Below are positions 1 through 16,829 of a stretch of DNA of 64,000 nucleotides, piece after piece. A program made the translations under genes and the position numbers. The notes under the pieces are model-generated. The model worked only from the letters and a program-made list of their open reading frames with translations. It made no database searches and had not been told where the DNA came from. The stretch lies in assembly GCF_009914755.1 (NCBI RefSeq), contig NC_060930.1, one strand, 5' to 3'. Source of the DNA: the human T2T-CHM13v2.0 reference genome, Homo sapiens. Position 1 is the stretch's first letter; the number at the start of each line of letters is the position of its first letter.

Positions 1-830
<830 letters not shown>

Positions 831-2123
831 TACTGTCCACCGTTACAACAAGATCCTTTAACATACTAATGTAGGTATCACACAATCCCAATCTGATAGT
901 TTCCAGATGGCGTCTTCTCTAAGTCTGGCTCTCTGGATTGCTTTATTATTCAACAGTGGCTTTTTGTTCCCCCTTGGGTTTTTTGGTGTGTCTTATAATT
1001 CTTTAATCAAACACTAGACATTATAAATAGAAGAACAGTAGAGGTTACAGTAAATATTATTTATACTTTGAAATGGACACCCTTGTCTTGCAAATATATA
1101 TCGTGGATAATTGAGTCAATGTAGTCACTAGTTTAACTGAATTGGGATTTGTGATTGCTAGTTTTACCTTAAGTGCACCACAGATATAAATTCCTCCAGT
1201 GATGTGCTGCTGCTATCTTTTACTTAGAGTGGGGCCTGGGGTGCTAAAGAGTTTTCTCCGTGTTCCTATCCATTCCCAGATTTCAGCAGTCACTGCATGC
1301 CTGCACTACAGAGGAGATATCTTCATACACATAATCTAACCCCATTGACACTCGGCTGTTTCTTGTTACTGAATGCTCACTTTTTGGTGGACGTAGGAGA
1401 ATACTTATCTCCCTGGTCTACCTCCCTCTTAGGCCAGTTGAGCACAGCTCGGCTTTGAAAGTAGTGATTTTTCAGTGTTCTTGTGCCTCCTTCTGATGGA
1501 ACTTGTACCTGTGGTGGGTTTGGAAAGAAAGAGTAGTAGGCTTCTGCTTCATTGCAATGCAGGATGTTGGGCACAAGAGGATTCCCTGTAACTTCTCCAA
1601 GGGAATAAGATTTTTGCCTCCACCACTCTCTGAGAAGCTGTGGATCTTTGCCTGCAGTCCTAGATGCAGGACCATCTCCTGCCCTATCACCCAGAAGCTT
1701 TGGTCTTTGGCTTTGTTTGAGGAAGGAGCTAGAGAAATGTGCAAAGCTTTCATGTCTGCCCCCCACTGACAGCCACTCACCACCCACAGCCTGCACTGCC
1801 GAATGCATCCTCCTCTCATCTGCCCTCGTGTTCTCATGAACACTCAGTAGGGACCCATAAAAAAGAGCTTGCATGTAAGTGCAATTTCCAATTATAAGTA
1901 CTCTATCTGTTCTTTCACACCCAGGTTTTAAATGAAATATTACTAGGAACTTATTAATGTTCTAAAATGCTATAAATCTATTTTTATGTTAATCTGTCTG
2001 CTAATACAGAAAAGAGAACAGTCATAATTCTCAGAGGCTACCGTACTGTTTTTGTCATAAATTGCTTCATGCTTCTTTTTTTTCAGTAATTGTTAAGCTT
2101 GATTTCTTTTATTTTAATTTCAG

Positions 2124-2283
2124 CACCACCTGAGCTAACCCCTGTGGTCCAGGACTGCTACCATGGTGATGGACAGAGCTACCGAGGCACATCCTCCACC
2201 ACCACCACAGGAAAGAAGTGTCAGTCTTGGTCATCTATGACACCACACCGGCACCAGAAGACCCCAGAAAACTACCCAAATGC
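2124..2283 (+). CDS. PLG: Plasminogen exon 10 (kringle 4, first half)
   Basis: ttcag|CACCACCT...AAATGC|gtatgt; 160 bp; encodes [53 protein letters not shown]. Confidence 0.98.
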
Positions 2284-2699
2284 GTATGTCTTTGATTTTT
2301 ACTGTAAGAGGGGCATCAGCCAACTGAAATTTCTGTTAAAAGAGCCATGCTTCATGCTTCAAGCCAACTTCCTAGGACCAAATTTCTCTTAGACCCAGAA
2401 TGTGTAGAAAAATGTCTCAAGAATCTTGCTTTTGAAGAAAGGGCCTGCGAGAAGAGAAATTTTAGGCTGGCTATTTTTCCTGAGTAGTTTTATGGATGCA
2501 GGAGGACATCTGGAGGTGATGAGGTCACATTAATTGAAAGCTCAGGAGTACATATGAGCAAATGCTTAGAAACAGTACCATTCCACAATGCCCACTAAAT
2601 ATCAGTGCAATATTTCTACCATAGAAATCTATCATTTTAACCTCCAACCCCTGAAATGAAGGTTGAATTTGCTATTTTTGTCTTGGGTCACAAGTAAAT

Positions 2700-2905
2700 A
2701 TACTTTATATATATAAGTATGAATATATATACACACATATATATGTATACATATGTGTGCATATATAAATACACACATATATGAGATATACAAGTATACA
2801 TATATAGTGTGTATATATATGTACACATATATGTGTGTATATATATGTACACATATATGTGTGTATATTAGAATATATATAACATAAATATGTATATATA
2901 TATAT
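2700..2905. repeat. (TA)n/(TG)n/(CA)n low-complexity repeat
   Basis: Alternating purine-pyrimidine tract seen directly. Confidence 0.9.
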
Positions 2906-4689
2906 TCTGACCTGTATAAACACAGTGGATCCTGAGCACCAGTGGCCTGAAAGGATATGGGTTGCTGGGACATGAAGAACAAAAGCAGGATACGCAGATG
3001 CTGAACAGCGAAAGAGGCCATTAGATGAACAGAAAACCAGGTCTAACAAGGACAGCTTTTCTTCCATAAATGAGTACACAATATATGGAAAAAACTATTT
3101 TTACATATTGGAGAACAGATAAACTGAGATAATTTAGAAAGGGAATCAAATGAGATCAACCCAATAACTACCTTGGCTTTGTTCCTGGAGACTTCCTGGG
3201 CTGAAGAACAAGGAGATGGAGCCCAAGCCGACCACAGCAGTCTTGCTGAACTGAGGAAGGAGACTGGAGTTGGGATTACTAAAACAGCTGAGATTTTCTA
3301 GGCTAGGTAATAACATGAAAGGAAACATTGTGGAGGAAAGCAGCTCCAGGAATGTCCATAGAAAAGTCCTCAAGTCTTTGGCTAAATAGAAAGCTGCATA
3401 TGCACAGGGAGAGGTTCCAGAGAGAAAATAGGATAAAGAACAGCTACTGGGGAAAGAAAAACTGCAGGGGAACAGTGAGCTCAATGGAGATGCCAGAGCT
3501 CACATAGCACTGGGGGATATTTGAGTTCTGACCAGCCTGAGGAGAGACCTCGCTGAACATCTTGGGCATTCAGTAGTCACCACATAAAGCCAAACTTTGG
3601 GAGTAGGATTAGTGTATTCCTATAATAAAGGCCACTCCAGAAACAGCATAGTAAAGCTGAAAAGCAAGTCTAAAAAAATCAACACGATCTCCAAGTAAAT
3701 TAACTGATTGCCAGAAGAAAATTCAACCCTTTAGAGGCAAACAACAAAATCAAGTTGCTCAGTTATGTGGCATCCACAATGTGTGACCTAAATTTATAAC
3801 TTTACCAGACATACAAAAAGCATTTACTGTGATCCATAACCAGGAGAAAAAGCACTCAAAACAAATAAACCCCAAAATGAAGAAATTGGCAAGAAGATTT
3901 GAAATATATATATATCATAATTGTGTTCAAGGATTTAAATAAAACATGAACATGGAAGAAACAAATGGATAATATCAAAAAAGAAAAATTATAAAATAAC
4001 CAAATAGAAATTAAATAACTAAAAAAGTGCATGTTTAATGAAAAATGTACTGGCTACCCTTACCATCAGGTTAGACATTACAGAAGAAAAAGTTAACTAG
4101 AAAATAATTCAATAGAAGTGATACAAACTGCAGCACACACATACAAAGACTGAAAAGATAAAGAAACAGAGCCTCAAGAATATCTATGAAAATATCAAAA
4201 GATTTCATATATGTGTAAAGCAAGTCACAAGAGAGGAAAGAGATATTGGGACAGAAAAAAATACTTGAAGCAACAAGAAAAATCTTATTAGAAGCCAGAA
4301 GAAGAAAATATATGTTTACACAGAAGAATAGTGGTAAAAATGACTGATGCCTTCTCGTCAGAAACTATGCTGGTCAGAAACAATGAAATAACACCTTTAA
4401 AGTGATAGAAAAAAATAAAAAAGATTAACATAGAATGTTATATCCAGCAAAAATATCCCTTGAAAGTGAATGTTATATAAATACATATTCTGCCTCCCCC
4501 AAAATAAATAAAACACTAAGAGAATATTTCATTACTAGGCTTATATAATAAAAGATGTTCTAGAAATCTATTTTGGTAGAAGAAAAATAGTGCCAGATGG
4601 GAACTTTATACTAAGTAATGAAGAACCCTGGAAATGGCAAATGTAAAAGATTCATATTTAATGCCTTAATTTCTTTAAAAGATAATTGA

Positions 4690-4950
<261 letters not shown>

Positions 4951-6214
4951 AAAAGATAATAATTTACTACTTGAAGCAAAATGATAGCAATGTATTGCTA
5001 CTTTAACATATGTAAAAGTAAAAATTTCTAAATAATAATAATCACATAAATAATGTAGGAAATAAATGGTAGTATACTGTTCTAAGTTTCTTGCATTATC
5101 CATGAAGTTATATAATACACATGGTTGAAGGTGGTAAGTTAAAGAGGGTTATTGCAAATCCTAGAACAACTGAAAAAATTTAAACTTAGAGGAATAGATA
5201 ATAATAAGAATGTTCCATTTATCCAAAAGAAGGAAAGAAAGGAAGAAAAAAGAATGAAGAAGATATGGCAAAGAGAGAAAATACACAGCATTATGGTACA
5301 CTTAAACTGAACTGAAAATATATTTAATATACTCCTAAGCATATTAAATATAAAGGGATTAAACATTGCACAGAAAAGGCAGAGATTATTAAGCTGAATA
5401 AAAATCAAAGCCCAATTATGTTCTTTTTACTATACATGCTCTTTAATTGTAAAGAGCTAGTCCAAAAACCAAGTGTGGAAAATGACATATCATGAAAATA
5501 AGAATCAGAAGAAAGCTGGAGTGGTAATGTTAATCCCAAAGTAATCTACAAGAAATAATACCACGATGAAAAAGTTATTTCTTAAGTAAAAAAAGTTTAT
5601 TCATCAAGACTTAACAATGCTAAATGGGTTGCACCCTCATAAGAGCCCTTCTGATATATGAAGCAAACACTGACAGAACTGAAGAGACAAACAGATAAGC
5701 CCACAATTAGAGTGGGAGATATCCTAATGTCTCTCTCCGTATGGTTATACATCTTCCCAAACAAAATATAATAGAAAAAATACACAAAAAAATCAGAAAG
5801 AATATATATGTTTTAAAGGAAATTGTCAACCTATTTAACACTATGCCAAACTGCAGAATACACATTCAAGTATGCATGGAGCATTCCCCAACATATACCA
5901 TATGTGTGGGCCTACAGCAAGTCTTAATAGATTGAAAAGAATTAAAATGATACAGAGTCTGTTTTTGAGCAAAACAGAATTAAATGAGATATAAATAACA
6001 AAAAAATTGGGAAATTATCAAATATCTGAAAATGAAACAACACATTTCCAAATACTTCATAAGTCAAAGAAGGAATTTAGAAAAGTTTTGAACTGAATAA
6101 TAGTAAAAATACAACATATCAAAGTTCGTATGATGCAGCGAATGTTTTTAGGGTTTTATAACTTTAAATGCTTTCAGTAGAAAATAGAAACATGTAAAAA
6201 TCAATGACTTAAGA

Positions 6215-6569
6215 TGGCATTTCTCAAAGTATGCTCTGGAGAAACCTGAAGTCTCTTGAGATCCCTTCAGAGACAGTCTATGAGGTTAAAACACCTTTAA
6301 ATTTAAAAAAAAAAAGATTTTATTTGCTATTTCACTTTTATTTCCTGATAAGTGTACAGTGGAGTTTTCCAGAGGCTACATAATGTTTGATCACATTATC
6401 TCTCTGATGGCTAATAAAATGTGTGATTGTCTATTATGTTTAAAAACATTCTCAGTTTTGGATGCAATAAATATTCATAGTATATATTACAAAATGAAAG
6501 CTCTTTAGGGTCCCCAATACTTTTTAAGAGTTAAAGGGGTCTTAAGACCAAAAACTTTGAGAACTGTTG
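6215..6569 (+). mobile_element. hAT-Charlie (Charlie1-like) DNA transposon relic inside L1
   Basis: Termini ...TTCTCAAAG / CTTTGAGAAC...; internal AGTGTACAGTGGAGTTTTCCAGAGGCTACA; 8-bp TSD ACTTAAGA / ATTTAAGA. Confidence 0.75.
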
Positions 6570-7997
6570 ATTTAAGATAACTTAAACATCTAGAAAAGGA
6601 GAAGCAAATAAGATCCAAGGTAAGTGGAAGGAAGGAAAGAATGAAAATCTGTGAAATCCAGTGTATAAGAATATAGACAAACAATTGAGTAAATCTGTGA
6701 AACAGAAAGTTGGTTCTTTTGAAAGATTCATGTAATTGATAAACCTCTGCCTAAACTGACGACAAAGGAGGGAGCACCACCGTCAACATCAGGAGTAAAA
6801 AAAGGGAAGAGTCATTGCTATAGGATCTTTTTGATATTAAAGCTAATAAACAAATATTGAGAGCAACTTTACGTTAACAAATTCAATAACCTAGATAATA
6901 TGGACTAATTCCTTAGAAAAAAACAAATAAGCAAATTGGACACTGAATAAACTGAATTTCTAACCAATCTGATATCTATTAAAGACAACATGTGTATATA
7001 ATCTTTAATATGTTAATATATATTAATAAATCAATAAACTTCCCACAGAGAACACTCTAAGTTCAGATGGCATCATTAGAAATTTTATTATTTAAAAAAA
7101 ATCCAATTCTTCACGATCTGTTACAGAAAATAGAGGAGAAGGGAAATATTTCTTGACTCAATTTGTGAGAAAAAAAAAAAACCCTAGTTGTAAAAAAGTA
7201 GACAAGGATATTGTGAGAAACTATAGCACATTATGTATTGTGAACATAAATATAAAAAGATGTAACAAAATTTTAATCATTAACATGATGAATATCCCAA
7301 ACAAGTGAAGCTTCTCTTCAAGAATGCAAGGCTGGCTTAACATTTACAAAACAATCCATGTAATCCAACATGTTAACAGAATAAAAGTGATAAATCATAT
7401 GATTATGTCAATAGATGCAGAAGAAAATGTGACAAAATTTAACACTTATCCATGATAAAATGTCTTAGCAAACTATGAATAGACTGGAACTTCTTTAACT
7501 TGATCAAAGGCATCTACAAAAGACCTCCAGATAACATCAACTTAATAGTGAAAGATTAATGTTTTCTCTCTAAGATTGGGAATAAGAAAAATATGTTTGC
7601 TCTCAGTACTTCTAATCAGCATTTTACTACATTGGTCACAACCATTGCCATAAGACCTGAAAACAAAACAAAAAGAGAGGAAAAAAAGGAAGGAAAGAAA
7701 GAAAGGGCCTAAAGTTTGGAGAGGAAGAATTAAAACTGCCTGTATTCACAGAAAGCTTAATTAACGGATGCAGAAAGTCCTAAAGATTAATAATTAAATT
7801 TTGCAAGATTGGAGAACACATAAGTATATACATGATCAATATAATAAAAGTAGTTGTATTTTTATACACTGCCAATGATCAACTGGAAAATAAAAATGTC
7901 AGAGCAATACCACTGACAATAGTATCAAAACCACAAGATATTTAGTGATACATTTAACACAATATGCACAAGAATTATGTACTGCATACTAAAAAAC

Positions 7998-8216
7998 ATT
8001 GTTAAGGAAGGAATCAAAAGATCTAAATAAAGATATATCACGCTTATATATTAAGAGTCAATATCACTTCTCACCAAATTGATCTTTGGATTCAGCCCAT
8101 ACCCAATTGTTAAGGAAGAAATTACAAGATCTAAATAAAGATATATCATGTTTATATATTAAAAGAGTCAATATCACTTCTCACCAAATTGATCTTTGGA
8201 TTCAGCCCATACCCAA
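7998..8216. repeat. Tandem duplication of about 108-110 bp within L1
   Basis: Two adjacent copies of ATTGTTAAGGAAG...TTCAGCCCATACCCA (7998-8105, 8106-8215). Confidence 0.92.
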
Positions 8217-10812
8217 CCAGAATCTCAGCAGTCGTTTTTTTTAAAAAATGTGAAAAAATGTATATGCTAGAATCACAAGGACAATATTTAAAGAGAAGAA
8301 AAAAGTTGGAGGACTTACTTACCCAAAGGTAAAGACCTATAAAGGTACAGTAAACAAGATATGTGGTATTGGGAAAAAAAAGTATACAGATATAGAAATG
8401 GATGGTCCAGAAACAGATCCACATATACATGATCAATTTAGTTTCTAGGTAGGTGACAAGGAAATTCAACAGGGAAAAACATCTTTTCCAAAATCATTGT
8501 GAAACAATCGGATATCCATCTAGAAAACAAAAATAAAAACAAATTTTGACTTCTACTTTCCATCCCAAATTAATGTGCAAAAGCTCCTAGATCTAAATGT
8601 AAGAGCTAAAACTTAAGCTGAAATAAAACAATTCCAGGAAAATATATAATATTTTCACAAACTTGAGGAAGGCAAAATTTTTTTCAGGCAGGACCCAGAA
8701 AACACTAGCTTTAAAAGAAAATAAATTATAATTTGGGCTTTCATAAAATGAAAATTATGTTCATCAAAAGTCATTGTTAAGAAATCAGTAGGTAAGTAAC
8801 AGACTGGAATAAAAATTCTCTCCATCCATATATCTGACAAATGGTTTGTATCTAGAGTATAAACGTTTCTCCCACTCACTAATCAGAGGACAAACAACCT
8901 AATTAAAATGGGCAACAGAATTGAATAGGAAATTTCTCAGGGAACGATGGACAGATGGACAATAAGCACCTGAAAAAATGCTCAACATTTTAGCCATCAA
9001 AGATATAAGAATTATAACCATCACAAGATGTCACCAACACTTAATGGGCATGGGTATCATTAAGAAGACACAACAATAAGTGCTGTCACTGATGTGGAGC
9101 GAGGATGTGCAGCTCTCGCATACGCTGGTTAAAGTACAGTATGCTGGTTTTCCATAAAGTTAAATAACTATGAGTCTACCCCAAAAAACTGCAATTCTAT
9201 TCCTGAATATTTACCCCATGGAAATGAAAACAGAAGTCCACAAAGAGATCTACAAGAATATTCACAGCAGCTCTAGTTATTATAACCCCAAACTGTAAAC
9301 AACTACAAGGTCAATCAATGAGAAAATGAATCGATAATTTGTGATCTATTCATATAATGGAATATTATTAAGCAATTAAAATGAAGAAGTGACTGATCCT
9401 CTCAAATAGGATGGATGGAACTCAAAAATATATTAAGGAAAGGAGGCAGATACATAAGTGTACATTCTGTATGAGCCCATTTATATCAGGTTTGAGGAGA
9501 GGTAAAACTAATCTTTAGTGAAGGAAACCAATAGTATTTCCCTCTGGCAGTGGGAAGAGGGTAGCAGGAATTGAATGAGCAGTGACACAGGGTGTTTCTA
9601 GAGTAATGGAAGTGTTCTGTATCATATGGGAGTGTGGTTTACACAAGTATAGGTGATCATCAAAACTCACCAAACAACATTTAAGATCTGTGCATTTCAC
9701 ACTATGTAAAAGTATACCTCAACTGAAGAGAGTGGAAATCTGTTTCAAATGCTCAGCCTTTTAACACATCCAGTTGCTTAGACTATGAACTTCCTCAAAT
9801 GGGGTGTCTGGGCTTGAGATTAGATCACATGTGTAGAGTCGCTAGAGAGACAATGTTGCATTCCCATGGTACATAATACATTTCCCGTTTTCTCAGACAG
9901 CCACAGGTCATGAATGTGAGGATTCTGAGAGGTTGGAGCAACATTCTTGGGAGGCATGAGGGGGAGCACATTCTCCAAGATCCCCCCCAGCCCGGGGTCC
10001 TCGCCTGCTTTGACTATTACTCCGTTGTTTTCGGACTCCTCCGTAGCTGCCCGACCTCTTCAGATCCCATAGTCTCCCTTTATATCTTGAGTCCCACTGT
10101 TCTTCCAACTCATCCCCCATTCCCTCAGACCTGGAGTGGCAGTGGCCAGCAGAGGATGGATTGAGAGCAGGAGAGGATGTCCTGCCCAGGAACCCATCCT
10201 AGAGAAATGGCATCCTGCCTGGGAGCTAGTTTCCCAGGGTGGCTTTGATACGTCTTGCAGAAACAAACCCACTTGACACACCTGATACGGTATTGACAGT
10301 AACACTATTTTTCGTGGTTGTTTTTCATAGTAAAAGTAGATCCCTTTAGTTACACTGTGAGTACTTAGAGTAAGGTGACTGGCCTGGGAATGATACCATC
10401 TTGGATGTCATTTTCTCCTTGGAGAAATGTATTTTAGTTCCAATGCACATTTCACAATACAGTCCTATAGAGAGAAATACAGAGAGCTAGACAGTTAGAG
10501 ATATACTTTTATGTGCATAAAAATATAAAATATGCACTTTAAAATCTGTACCTGTTATTCCTGAGAAATGTATTTGGCAGAAGGTGGGAGGGGGATATTC
10601 TGATCCTTTTATTTACATGTTTATGTATGATCTGAGTTTTTATATGGAGCATATACTACTTTTGATTTTTTAAAGAAAAATTAAAATCTGTCTTTGAAAT
10701 GTACACAGTTGTTTAGAAGTTGAGGACCATTTTTGTTTGTTACAACATTATTGTACCTATAATGGGAATATTTCAAAGCCACTTGTTAACACTTTGTTAG
10801 AACAAAATGTAG

Positions 10813-11103
<291 letters not shown>

Positions 11104-11498
11104 TGAAAAGCCATGGAAAATCTCACTGATGCAGAAACCTTCCATGCTACACGAGAAATCAAGTGTTTTTAGAGGGTCTGCCATGTGGAAGGAAGCCTCA
11201 GTGCACTCTCTCAAGGAGGCAGAGGTGTGACTTTTGGCACAACATGAGTGGGCTGTGCCTTTAGGACAGGTGCAAACCCTCCAAGGTGCTCAACTTAACC
11301 ACTCACCTTGTTCTAAAATGGGTTATCTCAGTATCCCAGTCCAAATTCGTATTCTATCATGCTGCCATATGTGTGATTCTTTCCAAGCCAGTAAGCATCT
11401 CCAGTAATTTCTTAAGGTAGGCAGCGTTCATTGCAGTCTTCAGCATTGCAGTTTCTGAGGAATGTGGCCCCTGATTCTGTCATCCTAGAGAAACCTGA

Positions 11499-11801
<303 letters not shown>

Positions 11802-12184
11802 TGACCTGGACTGCTCTTTTTTGTAATGGGGGAGAGGGGACAGAAGAAAATATTGGAAAGGCATCAGGGGGCTAAGCTAGAATATAATTGGCCTTAGTAT
11901 GGAAAGTACAAGCAGCACAGGCCAGGAAACCTCCACACATGTGAGGGTTCTCAGGCCTCTTCCCTTTAGTGACATTTCTTTAAAGTTTCCATTATTGGGG
12001 ACTGTCTCTAGTTTCTAGTGTTTGTATGCTAGGTTCCAGTAATCAAAGATGCCCTTTATGAAATTTAAGTCAGATTTTTCGAGAAAAAATTTGGATGGGC
12101 CATCAGGTCACCATGGGACTTCCCTTAGCCTCATGCATTCTCTGCGATGGTTTACTTTGGGGCCTATGAATAGGGAAGACTGAG

Positions 12185-13022
12185 ATATAGGAAAAACCAA
12201 AGTGTCTGTGTTCCCCCACTCTCACACCCATGCAGCATAACACTTCTCACACCAGATGTGGGGGGATTTCTCCTCACACCCCAAGCGAGTCTCCAGCAGA
12301 TACCAGCTGGGTGTCCTACAATGTAACTCAGTGCTGACACTCTATCTGGAGACAGTGTCAGATCCCATAAGTTAAGGCTCAGTCCCACAAGACCGCCCCA
12401 CTGCAGATGCCAATCCCAAGTTCCAGGCGGTGACCTGTACTTCTGCCCAACTGGACAAAAATCTGTTTTTCTACTTGATTACTTTGCTAGAGTGGCTCAC
12501 AGAACTCAGGGGAACACGTTACTTTTATTTACCCATTTGTTATAAAAGATATTACAAAGGATCCTGGTGAACAGCCAGACAGAAGAGATGCACGGGGCAA
12601 GGCATGTGAGAAGGGGCTCAGAGTTTCCATGCCCTCTCCAGTGCACCAGCCCCCGGTACCCCAAGTGTTCAGCAACCCAGAAGCTCTCCAAGTGCAGTCT
12701 TGCTGGGTTTTTATGGAGGCTTCATTACAGAGGCACAGTTGAATACATCGTTGGCCATTGGAGACCAGCTCACCTTCAGCTCCTGTTCCCTCCCTGGAAG
12801 TTGGACGTGGGGGGCTGAACAGTTCCAACCCTGCAATCACATGGTTGGTTCCTTTGGCAACCAGCCCCATCCTGAGACTATCCAAGAACCCACCAAGAGT
12901 TGCTTCATTCAAACAAAAGATGCTCCCTTCACTCAGGAACCCCCAAGGGATTTAGGAGCTCCGTGTCAGGAACTGGGGGGCAGAGACCAAATATACGTTT
13001 CTTATTCTACCACAGTGTCATA
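12185..13022 (-). mobile_element. MER21-like solo LTR
   Basis: End ACTCAGGAAC...AGGAGCTCCGTGTCAGGAACTGGGGGGCAGAGACCAAATATAC matches the reverse complement of the MER21 5' end as I recall it. Confidence 0.75.
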
Positions 13023-13384
13023 TGAAGGGGAGGACAACACTGCCTTTCTGTGTCTTGCCCCATAGAGGGCGCACAATGCATGGAAATAAATGTTTCTGAA
13101 TCAACAGCAAACAGGCTTCATCGGGTAGGAGAGCGCTGAGCCCTCCAGGGACAATGCACATCAATGATGTCCCACTGTCCTTTGGTGCTGGGGCTCTAAG
13201 GCCTCCACTGGGTCAGGCTCCTGAAGGGAGACCCATTCTCCAAAGACCCCCGAGGGTCACCACTCCCTGTCCAGGGGTGTGGCCTCATAGCTCCTTTTGA
13301 ACAGGGGCACAGGAAGGACGGCTTTAGAGCATTCAAAAAATAACTTTGCCAAAATAATAATAATAATAATAGAAAGGAAGAAGA

Positions 13385-13929
<545 letters not shown>

Positions 13930-16586
13930 TAAGGAAACTGCTTACTTAATATGGATTTGCAACAAAAAAGGAAAAGGGCTTCTGAGCAGACTGCTTCTGG
14001 GGAGGAGATAGCTGCCCTCTCCATCAGACCCCACTCTTCATCATGGGCATCTTGAATCTGCCCTACTATTGGCCACATTTGTTAGAGGAACACCTGCCCA
14101 TCGCCCCAGGCACACATAAATAAAATAAATGTAAAATTCCCAAAGAGCAAGCTTAGAGGTAATCTAGTCAGCCCCAGGATGGTCCCACTGAATGCTGCCA
14201 TGTCTAGCGTGGGATGCATGAAAAATTTAGAGTCATTCGGATGAAAAACTTTCCCTTTCCACAGCTGAGAAGTAAGAAAGAAAATACAAACAGCAGGAAA
14301 CAGGTAAGCATGTAACGCACATTGTAAACCTCAGATGGCCATCCTAGGAATTCAATGAAAGGTAGTGCAGCTCTTTAGCCCCAGATGGCCTTTCTTATAA
14401 GTTTACTACTCACAAGTCACATTAGTGACATAGCTTAGAGACTGCTTGTTGGGTTCCATCCTCATTGCTCTGAGACTCTTGTTGGGAGTATGAGGCTTGG
14501 ATCAGGGGAAGGGGAGTTGACATTAGTTCTTAAAGAATTGGAATAACAAATCCATGGGTATTTCTGAAAAAAAAAAAAAAAAAAAGAAAGGAAGCTACTT
14601 GGAATTGTCCCATATTTAACATTCTGCTGACCAATCAATTTGTCCTAGTTACAGAAAACCACCCTGGACTTCTCCTATGCATAATTTGGTTGCTTGTGGT
14701 TGGGTCTGCCATGTGGAGGGACCTTGAGCTGGGGGAAGGAGCTTGGCCTCCAAGTCCACTGAAGACCAGCATCCTGAGATTGCCTGGGAAGGTGGTACAG
14801 GGCAGTGATGAAGATCATGGGAGCCACACTGCCCAGCTTCGCATTTGGGCTTCTCCTAGGGACACCAAGAGGGAGGAAGGAGGGGTTAGGATGGTATGAA
14901 AGATTCTACTTGGCCAATATTATTGTAATGCGGCATTGTGATCTCTGGATTTAGCATGAGTTGATAGCTGACTTTTTCTGCAGAAGCATCTTGGTGGCAC
15001 CTCTAACTCAAAGTCCCTCGATGGAGTCAGTTCCAGTTCTCCACTTCTGGCCCCATCTGGTACACACCACTGCCTCTCACTGCCCGGGCTCTCTATCCTT
15101 GACAGGCTGCCTTGAAGTTGAGCCCAGACTGATTTTCTTGCCTCAGACCCCACTACCGTGCCTGGGACTCATGCACCTTTGACTCCCATGGAAGGGAAGT
15201 GCAGTAGTTTCCCAGGTGCAATTCTGGTGTCCTCACCCACATTGAGGATGTACAAGAATCAGGTTCTTAGAGATTGGAGAAAGAAGGAAGAATGGGAACA
15301 AGATTTTTCCCAAAGGACTGTGAGGTCCCCCACCTAACCTTGATGTGAGACAAGTGAGGTTAACCCCAAGCCTGGTGAGAAGCGTTCCCATCAGACACTT
15401 GGAAATCCTGAGGACTGTTTCATGCAGAAGGATATGGTTTATTCAGGTTTGACTCGTGCTTGAGAAAGCTAGAGCCTCTGGTGGTGAATGATTTTAATAA
15501 CTATTTCCTTTCCACCAACATATACAGTACAAATAATAATAAGCAAAAATAAATAGAAACATTCAGTTTTGTTTTGAATAGTAGGAGCAGGGTACCATCA
15601 TTTCTGTAGTTACTCTTTTAGTACAACGATGCATGTCTACTGTATGTAAGGCATACTAGCAGAAATTGAGCTCAGCACTAGAGAAGATGATTGCATTCTA
15701 TGCCTTGCTTCTTTTTTAAAAAAAAGGCTTCCATAGATAGATTCTCAGAACAGCCCATGGCAAATGTAAAGTTATTTGGAAAACCCAGGTTCCAGATTCA
15801 CTAGAGCATAGAATCTCTGGTTGGTTGGGAAGGAATTTCCTCTTACAGTTGTTACTAATAATTGTATGAACAATTATTTAAAATATTAACATTTACATTT
15901 GTGAAGACCTTGAAGGGCTGGAGACAACAGAGAAGCATTTTTGAATACCCTCTGCAGCCCCTGCACTGTTGTAGGCATTGGTGGATGGTACCAAAGATGG
16001 GACACTGTCCCTACCTCCAGAGACCCTGTGGGCTGGCTACAGAGAGAAGGCAGGGAGGAGGAAAAGAAGAATAAAGTCATATGTTTAAGTCACCCCCACG
16101 GCCGTTGGTTAGTCATGGGAGGCTCCCCAGAGGAGCTGTCCTGAAGCTGGCTGACAGAAGGCAACATTTCAACTTAGGACAGTAATCCTTGCTACATACA
16201 ATCACATACACACACACACACACGTGCACACACAGAGACTCACATGGAAAAATAAACCTTTGTGCCTTTCAGCAGTGATGACAATTATGGTTTTCAGTAA
16301 ACTTTACATGGTTTAGATGGTGATGGTGATGATGATGATTATGGGAAGGATGGCATCATGTTCTAAACATACTGCATGGAGTCAGAATAACAATGACAAA
16401 TAACCATTTGTCCCAATCAAGGTTTTCTCAGAAAATATCTCATTCTGATGCTAAACTATACCAGTCTGTTTGATCACTTCTCCAACAAAATAATTACAAA
16501 GTGCTTATATTTTCTTGAAAAGAGAGGGTCCTGTGTTGTCTACTACCACTTTTGAAACTTAGAGAAAATGTTCCAAAAGATGATGA

Positions 16587-16829
<243 letters not shown>

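Noticed and set aside
1377-1874. 165-aa minus-strand ORF in intron 9
   Set aside because: No recognisable domain, splice context or promoter; near old repeat sequence; consistent with chance
7998-8216. Direct repeats as a CRISPR-like or other prokaryotic array
   Set aside because: Human intron, only two adjacent copies with no spacers; no prokaryotic features anywhere in the window
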